From NCBI RefSeq assembly GCF_011386835.1, contig NC_088794.1:2976001-3040000 (forward strand): a stretch of DNA of 64,000 nt. Reading direction: 5' to 3'. Each line of letters starts with the position of its first letter. Within the stretch, counting starts at the first letter, position 1. The notes beneath the pieces are model-generated. The model had not been told where the DNA came from, made no database searches, and saw only the letters and a program-made list of their open reading frames with translations. The stretch comes from Chrysemys picta bellii (lineage: Eukaryota). Positions 32,875 through 45,379 of this stretch are shown piece after piece. Both the position numbers and the translations under genes were made by a program.

Positions 32875-33880
32875 ACCTCCAGCTCTGCCGGTGCCCCTCA
32901 CTCCCAACCCGCAGCCCCTGCCAGTCCAACCCTGCCCCCCCCCAGCTCTGCCGGTGCCCCTCACTCCGGACCCGCAGCCCCTGCCAGTCCAACCCTGCCC
33001 CCCCCCAGCTCTGCCAGTGCCCCTCACTCCCGACCCGCAGCCCCTGCTAGCCCAGCGCTGCCTCCCCCCCCGCTCTGCCGGTGCCCCTCACTCCCGACCC
33101 GCAGCCCCTGCTAGCCCAGCCCTGCCCCCCCCAGCTCTGCCAGTGCCCCTCATTCCCGACCCGCAGCCCCTGCCAGCCCAGCCCTGCCCCCCCACAGCTC
33201 TGCCGGTGCCCCTCACTCCCGACCCGCAGCCCCTGCCAGCCCAGCCCTGCCCCCCCCAGCTCTGCCAGTGCCCCTCACTCCCGACCCGCAGCCCCTGCTA
33301 GCCCAGCGCTGCCTCCCCCCCGCTCTGCCGGTGCCCCTCACTCCGGACCCGCAGCCCCTGCCAGTCCAACCCTGCCCCCCCCCCCAGCTCTGCCAGTGCC
33401 TCTCACTCCCGACCCGCAGCCCCTGCTAGCCCAGCCCTGGGCTCCCCCCCAGCTCTGCCGGTGCCCCTCACTCCCGACCCGCAGCCCCTGCCAGCCCAGC
33501 CCTGCCCCCCCAGCTCCGCCGGTGCCCCTCACTCCCGACCCGCAGCCCCTGCTAGCCCAGCCCTGGGCTCCCCCCAGCTCTGCCGGTGCCCCTCACTCCC
33601 GACCCGCAGCCCCTGCTAGCCCAGCCCTGCCTCCCCCCCACTCTGCCGGTGCCCCTCACTCCCGACCCGCAGCCCCTGCCAGCCCAGCCCTGCCTCCCCC
33701 CCGCTCTGCCAGTGCCCCTCACTCCCGACCCACAGCCCCTGCTAGCCCAGCCCTGGGCTCCCCCCAGCTCTGCCGGTGCCCCTCACTCCTGACCCGCAGC
33801 CCCCTGCTAGCCCAGCCCTGCCTCCCCCCCGCTCTGCCGGTGCCCCTCACTCCCGACCCACAGCCCCTGCTAGCCCGGCC
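32875..33880. repeat. ~62-65-bp minisatellite (cagctctgccggtgcccctcactcccgacccgcagcccctgctagcccagccctgcccc)
   Basis: About 16 visible units; same family at 43150-43770 and 4660-4765. Confidence 0.92.
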
Positions 33881-33899
33881 CTGCGATAACCCTGCAGCA

Positions 33900-35387
33900 A
33901 GGCGTCCCCTACTGGGCTTTCCACCCCTTTCCCTGCAGCCGGCAGGGTGCCTGGATTCGCACTGCAGGGGGCTCTGGAGTCTCCGATCCCCATGACACCG
34001 CTGGGCGCACCTGGGACGTGCTCCTGTACCCAGTGGCTGTAGGCGCTGACTCGGCTGTAGACCCCTGGGCAGTTGGGGGGCCATGCACATGTCCCCCCTG
34101 CTCACTACCCCTGCCAGGAGCCAGGCTCCCCGCCATGGACAGATCAGGCACCCCCCCGGAGTCACCCTGAAACAGAAAGGGGGGAGTTAGTCACCCAGCC
34201 AGGGATGTCACCCCTTTTCCTTCCCCCACCTAGCCAGGGGGCCTCCAATCACACTGATGCCATCCCCACTGGGACATCCCTCCCCTCCCCCCCAACCCTC
34301 TGGGGTGCCCCATCCTCCGCCCACCCACAGGTCTTCCATCACACCCCCCGCAGCCGGCAAGGGCAACTGGGCAACTTCTGGGCAAATGCATTGTGGCTAC
34401 AGCGCCCAGGAAGAGCTGATGGCAGTCACAGCTACCGCCCCAGTGCATTGTGGGAAGGCTGAGGCACTGCAATAACGGCCCTGGAGCTGTGCAATGCATT
34501 GTGGGAAGGCTGAGGTTGCCATGCAGCAAGGGCTCCGGGGTAATTTCCCCCCAGAGATGGGGTAACGAATTGAACGTGCGATGCCCGTCGGCACTCCATT
34601 CCCTGGCTTTCAGCCCTGGAACTAAAGGGTTAACTCCTGGGGCGGTGGGAGGGGGTGTGGGGGTGGGGGAGGGAATTGAGCTGGGAGCAGGAGGAGGCTG
34701 CAGTTACAGAGAGCAGCCACTAGAGGGCAGGGCAGGAGGCTGCAGTTACAGGGCGCAGCCACTGGGGGGGCGTTACTTGGCAGGCATCTCTCTGCCCCTC
34801 GGGGTACCCAGCGCACATCATGTCGTCCTGGATCTGCCGGGTCCCGGCGGGTCTGGAGGAGCCCAGGAAGCTGAGGGCCTCGCAGGTCGGGGTGTCCACC
34901 AGCGGGACGGACACCTCCTGCGGGGGCTCTGGGGTGGGGAGGGGAACTGGAAGAGGAGGAGGGGAGTCAGGACACCTGGGTGCTATTCCTGGCTCTAACC
35001 ACTAGACCCCCACGCCCCTCACAGAGTCAGGGATAGAACCCAGGAGTCCTGGCTCCCAGCCTCCCACCCCATCTCTAACCCTAAGACTCCACTGGCTTCC
35101 CAGAGAACCCAGGCGTCCAGACTCACCTCCTTGGCAGATATCCCCCCAGCTGGTGACACAGCACCCGGTGCCCCGGGGGAATCAGACCCTGGCGTCCGGG
35201 AGGCACACTGGGGGTGAGGTTGGCGGGGGACTGGAGCTGCAGCAGCCCCTTGTCCCCGCTGGCTCGGAAGACGGTGTAGCAGGGGTGGAGGACGAGATGG
35301 CTCATGGGGACGGAGACGGCGCCAGGGCCGGGGGCTGACAGCACGCGGGCCCCCAGGAGGACCGTGTACAGGGCAGGGTCATAGAGG
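33900..35387 (-). pseudogene. Trypsin-family serine protease (tryptase/PRSS27/PRSS33-like) pseudogene; exons 35127-35387, 34777-34946 and ~33900-34166
   Basis: LYTVLLGA...GDKGLLQL, QEVSVPLVDTPTC...MCAGYPEGQRDACQ and GDSGG...WLLAGVVS...PGVYSRV. Correct splice phases, but with a net frameshift and a TGA (35182-35184) in the Asp exon and two +1 shifts in the Ser exon. Confidence 0.85.
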
Positions 35388-35620
35388 CTGCAGAGGGCGA
35401 GACCGGGATGAGGAATAGAACCAAGGCATCCGGGAGCGGGACCCGCAGAGCTGCCAGAGCCCAGGGCAGTGAATGGGACCCAGAGATCCAGGATGTCATC
35501 ACTCCGAGCCCCCCCGCCCCGGGTGTGATTGGATGAGACCCTGGAGTCTGGGTCAGCAGTGCCCCCGGCTCTATGAGGAGAGATTGGATGGGACCCAGGC
35601 ATCCGGGACGCCCTGCTCCC

Positions 35621-37390
35621 CTGGCTGTATTTTAAAGAATCCTTATTGAGGTTGTGTAGAAAGAACAGTAAATATGGCAGGCGACCAGCTTGGCTAAACA
35701 GTGAAATCCTTGCTGATCTTCAACACAAAAAAGAAGCTTACAAGAAGTGGAAGATTGGACAAATGACCAGGGAGGAGTATAAAACTATTGCTCAGGCATG
35801 CAGGAGTGAAATCAGGAAGGCCAAATCACACTTGGAGTTGCAGCTAGCAAGGGATGTTAAGAGTAACAAGAAGGGTTTCTTCAGGTATGTTCGCAACAAC
35901 AAGGTGGTCAGGGAAAGTGTGGGCCCCTTACTGAATGAGGGAGGCAACCTAGTGACCGAGGATGTGGAAAAAGCTAATGTACTCAATGATTTTTTCGCCT
36001 CTGTCTTCACGAACAAGGTCAGCTCCCAGATTCCTGCCCTGGGCAGCACAGTATGGGGAGGAGGTGACCAGCCCTCTGTGGAGAAAGAAGTGGTTCGGGA
36101 CTATTTAGAAAAGCTGGACGAGCACAAGTCCATGGGTGTGCTGCATCCGAGGGTGCTAAAGGAGTTGGCGGATGAGATTGCAGAGCCATTGGCCATTATC
36201 TTTGAAAACTCATGGCGACCGGGGGAGGTCCCGGATGACTGGAAAAAGGCTAATGTAGTGCCCATCTTTAAAAAAGGGAAGGAGCGGGATCCGGGGAACT
36301 ACAGGCCAGTCAGCCCAATCTCAGTCCCTGGAAAAATCATGGAGCAGGTCCTCAAGGAATCAATTCTGAAGCACTTAGAGGAGAGAAAAGTGATCAGGAA
36401 CAGTCAGCATGGATTCACCAAGGGCAAGTCATGCCTGACTAACCTAATTGCCTTCTATGAGGAGATAACTGGCTCTGTGGATGAGGGGAAAGCAGTGGAC
36501 ATGTTATTCCTTGACTTTAGCAAAGCTTTTGATACGGTCTCCCACAATATTCTTGCCAGCAAGTTAAAGAAGTATGGGCTGGATGAATGGACTGTAAGGT
36601 GGATAGAAAGCTGCCTAGATCATTGGGCTCAACGGATAGTGATCAATGGCTCCATGTCTAGTTGGCAGCCGGTATCGGGTGGAGTTCCCCAAGGGTCGGT
36701 CCTGGGGCCAGTTTTGTTCAATATCTTCATGAATGATCTGGAGGATGGCGTGGACTGCACCCTCAGCAAGTTTGCAGATGACACTAAACTAGGAGGCGTG
36801 GTAGATACACTAGAGGGTAGGGACAGGATACACAGGGACCTAGACAAATTAGAGGATTGGGCCAAAAGAAACCTGATGAGGTTCAACAAGGACAAGTGCA
36901 GAGTCCTGCACTTAGGACGGAAGAATCCCATGCACTGCTACAGACTAGGGACCGAATGGCTAGGTAGCAGTTCTGCAGAAAAGGACCTAGGGGTTACAGT
37001 GGACGAGAAGCTGGATATGAGTCAGCAGCGTGCCCTTGTTGCCAAGAAGGCTAACGGCATTTTGGGCTGTATTAGTAGAGGTATTGCCAGCAGATCGAGG
37101 GACGTGATCATTCCCCTCTATTCGACATTGGTGAGGCCTCATCTGGAATACTGTGTCCAGTTTTGGGCCCCACACTACAAGAAGGATGTGGAAAAATTGG
37201 AAAGCATCCAGCGAAGGGCAACAAAAATGATTAGGGGGCTGGAACACATGAGTTATGAGGAGAGGCTGAGGCAACTGGGATTGTTTAGTCTGCAGAAGAG
37301 AAGAATGAGGGGGGATTTGATAGCAGCCTTCAACTACCAGAAGGGGGGTTCCAAAGAGGATGGAGCTCGGCTGTTCTCAGTGGTGGCAGA
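35621..37390 (+). mobile_element. Young 5'-truncated CR1 (PsCR1-like) reverse transcriptase, open up to the gap
   Basis: Uninterrupted ORF of about 580 codons with [26 protein letters not shown] and FADDTKL. Confidence 0.97.
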
Positions 37391-37890
37391 NNNNNNNNNN
37401 NNNNNNNNNNNNNNNNNNNNNNNNNNNNNNNNNNNNNNNNNNNNNNNNNNNNNNNNNNNNNNNNNNNNNNNNNNNNNNNNNNNNNNNNNNNNNNNNNNNN
37501 NNNNNNNNNNNNNNNNNNNNNNNNNNNNNNNNNNNNNNNNNNNNNNNNNNNNNNNNNNNNNNNNNNNNNNNNNNNNNNNNNNNNNNNNNNNNNNNNNNNN
37601 NNNNNNNNNNNNNNNNNNNNNNNNNNNNNNNNNNNNNNNNNNNNNNNNNNNNNNNNNNNNNNNNNNNNNNNNNNNNNNNNNNNNNNNNNNNNNNNNNNNN
37701 NNNNNNNNNNNNNNNNNNNNNNNNNNNNNNNNNNNNNNNNNNNNNNNNNNNNNNNNNNNNNNNNNNNNNNNNNNNNNNNNNNNNNNNNNNNNNNNNNNNN
37801 NNNNNNNNNNNNNNNNNNNNNNNNNNNNNNNNNNNNNNNNNNNNNNNNNNNNNNNNNNNNNNNNNNNNNNNNNNNNNNNNNNNNNNNNNN
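37391..37890. other. Assembly gap (500 N)
   Basis: Run of N. Confidence 1.
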
Positions 37891-39769
37891 CTTTCCCGGC
37901 CTCAGTTTCCTCATCCGTACAATGGGGCTAATGACACCAATCATCTTTATAAACAGGCCTTGGTGCAACTTGGTTTTTATTTTTTATGTCGGAAAATATC
38001 CGTGTTTGTTTTATTTTCAATTCTTCCCATTGAAATTATGGGGTTTACATGTTTTCCCCCATTTTTATCTATTTAAATTTTCATAGTTGCAGAGACTTAT
38101 AGGGGAAGGATGAAATGATCCTTATTTAAGACAGCAGAGGTTTGATTGAAAGCGTTAAAGCTTTATAAACCATCAAAACAAATTGTCAGTGACATATGTC
38201 AAAGTCTGCAGAGTAAATATTTTTAAATCAAACTCTAATACATCCAAAACCAGCATTTTACTCGTTTTGCTTAGCTGTACATTTTGATTATTCTTGATGG
38301 AAATATTTTTCCTCGGTTGGTGTGTGTTTGGTGAAACTGACATGTACCAGCATTCACCGATAACAATGTAATATATGAAACATTTTGATTTTACTTTGAA
38401 ACTTATTTCATTTTGTGTGATTAAATTATAATAGCAAATTTTAAATAGTCAAAATTGAAATGAAATGATTTTATGTAAATGAAACATTTTCGATTGGCCT
38501 AAAATGAAATGTTCTCAAAAATTGCTTTTCATGGGAAATGTATTTTTTTTTATTTTGTTTTTACTGATTTGGAATGAAAAAAAATTCCCAAATCACAGAT
38601 TTTTCCACAAAACAGTTTATTCGGGTTCCCACACATCGTCCCGCAAACCTGCAGACCTCATTGCCAACAGAAATTGCCAACTAGAGTTTAATAGGCATCA
38701 TAGGGGGGAAATAAATAAATAAATAAATAAAAATCAAACTAGCCAGAGTTAGACAGGAAAGGATTAAAATGACTGGCAGTGGTTTAACACTCATGCTTCA
38801 GAGCTCAGAATAACCGATAGCTGAGGGAGGTCAGGAGCCAATTTTTCCTGGCATATTATGCCAGAGCTGTCCACTAGGGGGGCCCATTGTACATTCCTCT
38901 GAAGCAGCTGGGACTGGCTACTGTGAGAAACCAGATACGGGGCTAGATGGGCCCATGGGTCTGATCCCGGGGGACAGGGAGGAGGTGGGATACCAGCATA
39001 AATGGCCCTTGGTTTTTTAGCCCATGAGAGTCGCAACTGATGAAAGAAAGAAAGAAAGAAAGAAAGAGATTTGGGATGTCAGTTATCCATTGGGGGAACA
39101 CATGGCAAAGTGGTGCTATGAAAGGGTCGAAAGAAAGGCCAAAAAGTGTGTGTGGGGAGCTTTCACCCCCAAAATTTTAGAACAAAATGACAAGAACTAG
39201 GAGGTTTGCCACACACAAAAACAAGAGCGAAATGACCACAATAGATTTGCTTCCGGCAACATTTATAAAGAAAAGACAAAAACTGGATATTTCTCCCTCA
39301 TTTTTTTTTTTTTTTTTGTAGAAAGAATGACAAAAATCAGCCTTTCCCACAAAAAAAGTAGAAAAGATTGACAACAACTGGTGTTCGTCCCCCAAATTGT
39401 ATTTAGAAAGAAATGACAAAAAATGGATATCCCCCCTCCCCCCGAAAAATGTGGTTAGAAAGAATGGCCCAAATCAATTTTTTCCTGCAAAAAAAAAGAA
39501 AATAAATTAGCAAGCTTTCCACAAAAAATTTTTAGAAGGAAATTAACAAAGTAGGTTTGTTCCCTCCAAAATTTAGAAAGTAATGGTTCGTTTTTAGCCA
39601 CTGGATGGCGCTATGACCACATGCATTATGGGTGGGAGCCAACGTCCACTGAAGCCAATGGGAATGCTCCTGCAGCTCGTCTGCCCCTACCCACAATCCC
39701 CTGGGTGAGGTGGCCTCTCACGCCTACCCCCAGTCTCCCAGCAGGAGGAAAACGGACTCACTGCTGAAG

Positions 39770-40577
39770 ATTGGTGTGAATCGTGTCAACTGCTCTCCCA
39801 AGATGGCTTCCTTGTCCGCTCGCAATATGGCTGCCTTTGCCGTCTCCTAACCCTTACCATCTCCGACCCCCAGGCTGCTATAAGCCTCGGTGCTCAAGGT
39901 TGGCGTGAGTGGCATCAACTGCTCTTCCAAGATGGTCGCCCTGCCTGTGCCCAAGATGGCCGCCTTCACCGTCCCATAACCCTTGACGTCTCCAGCCTGC
40001 TGTAGGCCTTGGTGCCGAGGGTTGGCATGAGCCATCCCACATGATCTCTCAAGATGGCTGTCTTACCCTCACCCAATATGGCCGCCTTCACCTTCCCATG
40101 ATTCTTGTTGTGTCTGGCCTCCAGGCTGCTGTAGGCCTGGCTGCTGAGAGTCACATCAACTGCTCTCCCAAGATGGCCGCCTTCGCCTTCCCATAATGCT
40201 CAGCACGGCCGGCCTCCAGGACGCTGGAGGCCTTGGCGCCAAAGGTTAGCGTGAGTCACGACAAGCTCCCCTCAGGGTGACAGGCAGGTGCGAGCCAGAC
40301 GGGGCCCTGGTGCTGTCTCCTGGCCGATGTCCCGTCTCCCCTCTCACATTGGGTCTGCGGAACCTTCTGCCACTGGACCTCCCAGCACCGGGGCGTCTCC
40401 TCAGGCTGGGTCCGCCGTGGGGCTGCCCAGGGCAGGCCCTCCGCCGCCAGCAGGGCCAGCCTATCCCAGGGGTGGCGTCTCCGGCGCGGCTCTCATCTTG
40501 TCATGTACCTCGGGAACGTCCTTCCCAGCCCCTGGGGATTGTGGGTGACTCCCTGGAGGAGGAACTGGGGGACCCTG
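39770..40577 (-). pseudogene. Degraded reptile-type ZSCAN/SCAN pre-domain exon (Gypsy-gag-derived) with about 4 tandem copies of one segment
   Basis: Frame-shifted peptides RCWEVQWQ (cf. RWEAQWQ), QAYSSLEARHNKNHGKVKAAIL and KGYGTVKAAIL (cf. AFSSLEARDREDYGKVKAAIL); ctttctccag acceptor at 40578. Confidence 0.65.
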
Positions 40578-40699
40578 CTGGAGAAAGGTGGGAGAGATTA
40601 GAGGGTTGTGGAAATGTGAGCAGGACACCCCAGAATGAGCCCAGGGCCCCCCCAAGTACCACCCCATTCCACAGTTTTTAGCCTCAGCCCCCTACCTCC

Positions 40700-41360
40700 A
40701 TCCAGCTCCTCAGAACTGGGAAAGAACCCAGGAGTCCTGACTGCCAGGCCCCCCAACCGCTAGACACCGCTCCCCTCCCAGAGGCAGAGAAAGAACCCAG
40801 GAGTCCTGGCTCCAAGCCCCGCCTGCCCCAAGGCCCACTCTGTTCACACTCTCTCATTAAGCGCTGTCTCTCTGGTGCCAGCCCGACAGGTCGGAGTTGC
40901 CCAACCGGTTCCTGGTGCCGGCGGGGTGAGGGTGGGATCATCGAAAGCCCCCACACAACCTCCTCCCACCATGCACTCTTCCCCTGGCCCCACCCCCACA
41001 CCAAATTCCAGCTCCCCTCCTGCTCCCAGAGCCACGGAGAGAACCCAGGAGTCCTGGCTCTCAGCCCCTCTGCTCTAACCACTGGACCCCACTCCCCTCC
41101 CAGAGCTGGGGAGAGAACCCAGGAGTCTGGACTCCCAGCCCCCCTGCCCTAGCCCACCAGCCCCCCTCCCCTTCCAGAGCTGGGGAGAGAACCCAGGAGT
41201 CCTGGCTCCCAGCCCCCGTGCTCTGACTCACTAGACCCCACTCCCCTCCCAGAGCTGGGGAGAGAACCCAGGAGTCTGGGCTCCCAGCCCCCCTGCCCTA
41301 GCCCACCAGCCCCCACTTCCCTCCCAGAGCTGGGGAGAGAACCCAGGAGTTCTGGTCAGC
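40700..41360. repeat. ~76-bp satellite copies, interrupted array
   Basis: Visible units. Confidence 0.8.
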
Positions 41361-43149
41361 ACTGACTGCGAGGGGAGAGCACCCCCTCCCCTCCTGCGAC
41401 CTCAGCCCTGGGTTCCCCACAGCCTGAAGGAAATTGGGTTTGGCTCCCAGCCCCCCCGTACACTGAAGAATGATCACCCTCATTTCTGAGGGGGTAAATG
41501 CCGCTGGTCACAGAGGCTGGGGCCACTGACAGGCGGTTATTTGGTGTGACCCTCAGATGCCGGAGGCCGGTGACCCCCAGCGACATTCCCCCAGGAGTCA
41601 GACCCCGGAGTCAGACCGGGGCAGGGCGGTGGCTTTCTGCATCCTTCCCGCCGACAGACCCTGGCCCGTGGGCACTGAGAACCTACTGGGCCCGTCTCCC
41701 CGGCGAGCCAGGACCCCGGGGCTGGGCGCTCCCGGGTCTCGGCCTGCAGGGCTCCCGAACCGCCGCGTGGACGGGATCTCCGGAGCCGCGACACGGCCTC
41801 TGTGTGGACGCACCCCTGGAGCCCATCGGCGACAAGACAAGGGAGTGGCGCCCAGCCGAGGGGCGCGCCTGGTTCACCCTGATCCCAAGGAGACGGGCAC
41901 TGGCTGGGGGGATCTGACATCCTCCTTTCTGGGACTAGGATGGCCACAGCCCATCTTTGATCCTGGTTATTTCTCAGCAGTTCCTCTACGGACATGTGGG
42001 GTAAGCGGTGAGATCCCCCCAGCAACCCGACCGAACAGCCCCCCGCCCCTCTCACCTCACGGCACTGCCTGGCGTGCGACGCCCCGGGGGGGGGGGGGCG
42101 GGGATCACCCTCCGGCTCCCAGAACCAGAGGGGAAAATGTCTCAGATGGGCTTGGGCCCAGCAGCTGGCTTTGTGGCTGCTCAAGGCCCCGCTGCTCTGA
42201 CCCACCTGACCCCACGCCCCTCCCAGAGCCCGGAGAGAACCCAGGAGTCCTGGCTCCCAGCCCGCCCTGCTCTGACCCACCTGACCCCACTCCCCTCCCA
42301 GAGCCAGGGAGAGAACCCAGGAGTCCTGGCTCCCAGCCCCCCCTGCTCTGACCCACCTGACCCCACTCCCCTCCCAGAGCCAGGGAGAGAACCCAGGAGT
42401 CCTGGCTCCCAGTCCCCCCTGCTCTAACCCGCCAGCCCCCACTCCCCTCCCAGAGTTGGGGAGAGAACGGCCTCCTCGGAGCCTATTCTGTGGGCTCCGA
42501 GGCCTGGGAATTAAGTCGCAACGTCGCTCGGGGGTGTGAGCCCCTCTCCCCCCCCCCAGAAGACATAGATTTACCGACCTGAGCCCCGGTGCGGACGGCG
42601 CTCGGTGGACACCAGACCCAGCCGCTGCTTGCCGACGAGGCGGATTCACTCCACCAAGCAGCCCGGCCGGCCCCAGGTGCGTCTACATGGGGCTGGAGCG
42701 TTTTGTGTGTAGACAAGGCTGGCGGCGGATCGGAGACATCTCCGGGGGGGTGGCATGGCTGGCGTGGGGTGGGATGGCCAGGCGGTGGGTGCCCGCAGCC
42801 GGCAGGGGGCAGCAGCAGTGAGGTTGGGGGGATGGGTATGAGATTGTGGGGAGTGGGGGCTAGTGGTTAGAGCTGGGTGGGGGATGGGCTGGGAGCCAGG
42901 ACTCCTGGGCTCTCTCCTGGGGGTTTGTGGTTGACTCTCCCTTCATCGCTCTCCCAGCTCCCACCTGCAACCCCCACCCCTCACCCCACCCTGCCCCAAG
43001 GGATTCTGGGGCCTCCATTCCCAGAACAGGTTCCCGCAGGCCCTGACTCCCAGCCACTCTGTTCTCCCTGCGCGGAAACCCCCGGACACCGATCGCTCAG
43101 ACAGGGACGCCCCGGCCCTCCCCCATCCCCCCGTCCCCCAACCGCCCAG

Positions 43150-43770
43150 CCCTGCCGGTGCCCCTCACTCCCGACCCGCAGCCCCTGCTAGCCCAGCCCT
43201 GCCCCCCCCTCCAGCTCTGCCGGTGCCCCTCACTCCCGACCCGCAGCCCCCCGCTAGCCCAGCCCTGCCCCCCCCAGCTCTGCCGGTGCCCCTCACTCCC
43301 GACCCACAGCCCCCTGCCAGCCCAGCCCTGCCCCCCCTAGCCCTGCCGATGCCCCTCACTCCCGACCCGCAGCCCCTGCCAGCCCAGCCCTGCCCCCCCC
43401 CAGCCCTGCCGGTGCCCCCACTCCCGACCCGCAGCCCCTGCTAGCCCAGCTCTGCCCCCCACAGCTCTGCCGGTGCCCCTCACTCCCGACCCGCAGCCCC
43501 TGCTAGCCCAGCCCTGCCCCCCCCCCCAGCTCTGCCAGTGCCCCTCACTCCCGACCCGCAGCCCCTGCTAGCCCAGCCCTGCCCTGCCCCCCGCAGCTCT
43601 GCCAGTGCCCCTCACTCCCGACCCGCAGCCCCTGCTAGCCCAGCCCTGCCCTGCCCCCCCAGCTCTGCCAGTGCCCCTCACTCCCGACCCGCAGCCCCTG
43701 CTAGCCCAGCCCTGCCCCCCCACAGTTCTGCTGGTGCCCCTCACTCCCGACCTGCAGCCCCCTGCTAGCC
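43150..43770. repeat. ~62-65-bp minisatellite
   Basis: Same unit as 32875-33880. Confidence 0.9.
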
Positions 43771-43779
43771 CAGACGGGA

Positions 43780-44360
43780 TCCGACCAGGGTCTAGTGGGT
43801 TAGAGCAGGACGGCTGGGAGCCAGGACTCCTGGGTTCTCTCCCCGGGCTCAGAGGGAAGTAGGCTCTAGTGGGTTGGGGGGGCAGGACTCCTGGGTTCTC
43901 TCCCCAGCGCTGGGAGGGCAGTGTGGTCTAGTGGGTTTGGGGGGGGCAGGACGCCTGGGTTCTCTCCCTGGGCTCGGAGGGAAGTGGGGTCTGGTGAGTT
44001 AGAGGGGGGGCAGGACGCCTGGGTTCTCTCCCCGGGCTCGGAGGGAAGTGGGGTCTAGTGGGTTAGAGCGGCGGGGGGGGGGCAGGACGCCTGGGTTCTC
44101 TCCCCGGGATCGGAGGGAAGTGGGGTCTAGTGGGTTGCGGGGGGCAGGACGCCTGGGTTCTCTCCCCGGGCTCGGAGGGAAGTGGGGTCTAGTGAGTTGG
44201 GGGGGGGGCAGGACGCCTGGGTTCTCTCCCCGGGCTCGGAGGGAAGTGGGGTCTAGTGGGTTGGGGGGGGCAGGACGCCTGGGTTCTCTCCCCGGGCTCG
44301 GAGGGAAGTGCGGTCTAGTGGGTTGGGGGGGGGGCAGGACGCCTGGGTTCTCTCTCCCCG
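43780..44360. repeat. Shortened (~58-bp) variant of the satellite (ggcaggacgcctgggttctctccccgggctcggagggaagtggggtctagtgg)
   Basis: Visible tandem units. Confidence 0.85.
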
Positions 44361-44900
44361 GGCTCGGGCCGGGCGGATGGCTGCCGCTCCCAGCCGCCTG
44401 GCCGGCATCCCAGGCAGGGCTCGGGTTTCAAGGGCTGCGGGAGATGTGAGGCGGCCTGGGCCCTCCCCGTGGGGGCGGAGGGGGGGAGCTGGGACGTCCC
44501 GGGGGGGCGGGGAGACTCCGTGTCCCAGGACCGGGGCTGGAGACGGGCGAATGGAGCAGGCAGAGCCCAGCGGGGAGCTGCGCGCCCCTAGTGCGGGGCA
44601 TCGGACCCTGCCCGCCCCCTAGCCCGGCACTCGCCACCCCCCCGCTCCCCCATCGCGGGGCAGGGCAGGTGGGGCAGGGGCTCCGGAGCGGAGCCGGCGC
44701 GGAGACCGTTTCCACGGGGCTCCGGACCAGAACCAGCCTCTCCGCATCCACGGGGCCGGGATCCGAGCCGCGGGGGCTGAACCGGACCGGACCGGACCCA
44801 GCACAGGATCCAGTGGGTCCCCGACCCGCTCAGTGGCTGGGAAACCACAAGGACCCGAGCTCCGATCAGCACGTAGCCCCGGGGCCAGGCTCACCAGGAG
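44360..44900 (+). promoter_or_regulatory. CpG island / probable KREMEN2 promoter and 5'UTR
   Basis: CpG-dense unique sequence 0.4-0.9 kb upstream of the signal-peptide exon. Confidence 0.55.
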
Positions 44901-45303
44901 TGGGATCCCCGGACGGGATCCACTGGGATCCACTCATGAAAGGATCCACCTGGGACCCGAGCCCACCTTCCCTTCAGCTCCCACCTGGGGCTTGATCAGT
45001 CCGGTCACGGGATCCACTGGGACCGCAGCCTGGCCAGGACTCGGGATCCACTGGGATCCTGGATCTCCCAGGACCGGCCCCGGGGGAAGTAGATCCCACT
45101 CCTCCCCCAGCTACGGGATCTGCCCTGGGAATCTGCTTCCTCCCCCCCCTGCACTGACCTGGGAGAGGCTCCCCGGGGTCACCGGATCTGTTGGGATCCC
45201 AGGAGCACTGGATCCACCCTGCCCCCGCCCTGGCGGCCCCATTGGATAAGGGGGCAGATCCCTGCGCTGGCTCCCCCTTCTGGCGGGGCCGCCTGGAGTC
45301 GAG

Positions 45304-45367
45304 ATGTTCTGGATTCGTGGATTCCTTCTTCTGGTCCTCCGGAGCTCGGCTGGGCTCCAGGGAGAAG
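45304..45367 (+). CDS. KREMEN2: KREMEN2 signal-peptide exon (MFWIRGFLLLVLRSSAGLQGE)
   Basis: Hydrophobic leader with a phase-1 GTGAGT donor that matches the phase of the kringle exon. Confidence 0.7.
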
Positions 45368-45379
45368 GTGAGTCCCTGC

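Noticed and set aside
41498-42005. Unique GC-rich stretch with ORF (RRLFGVTL...) and a GTAAG donor at 42001
   Set aside because: No recognisable domain and no compatible neighbouring exons; could be UTR or non-coding exon sequence.
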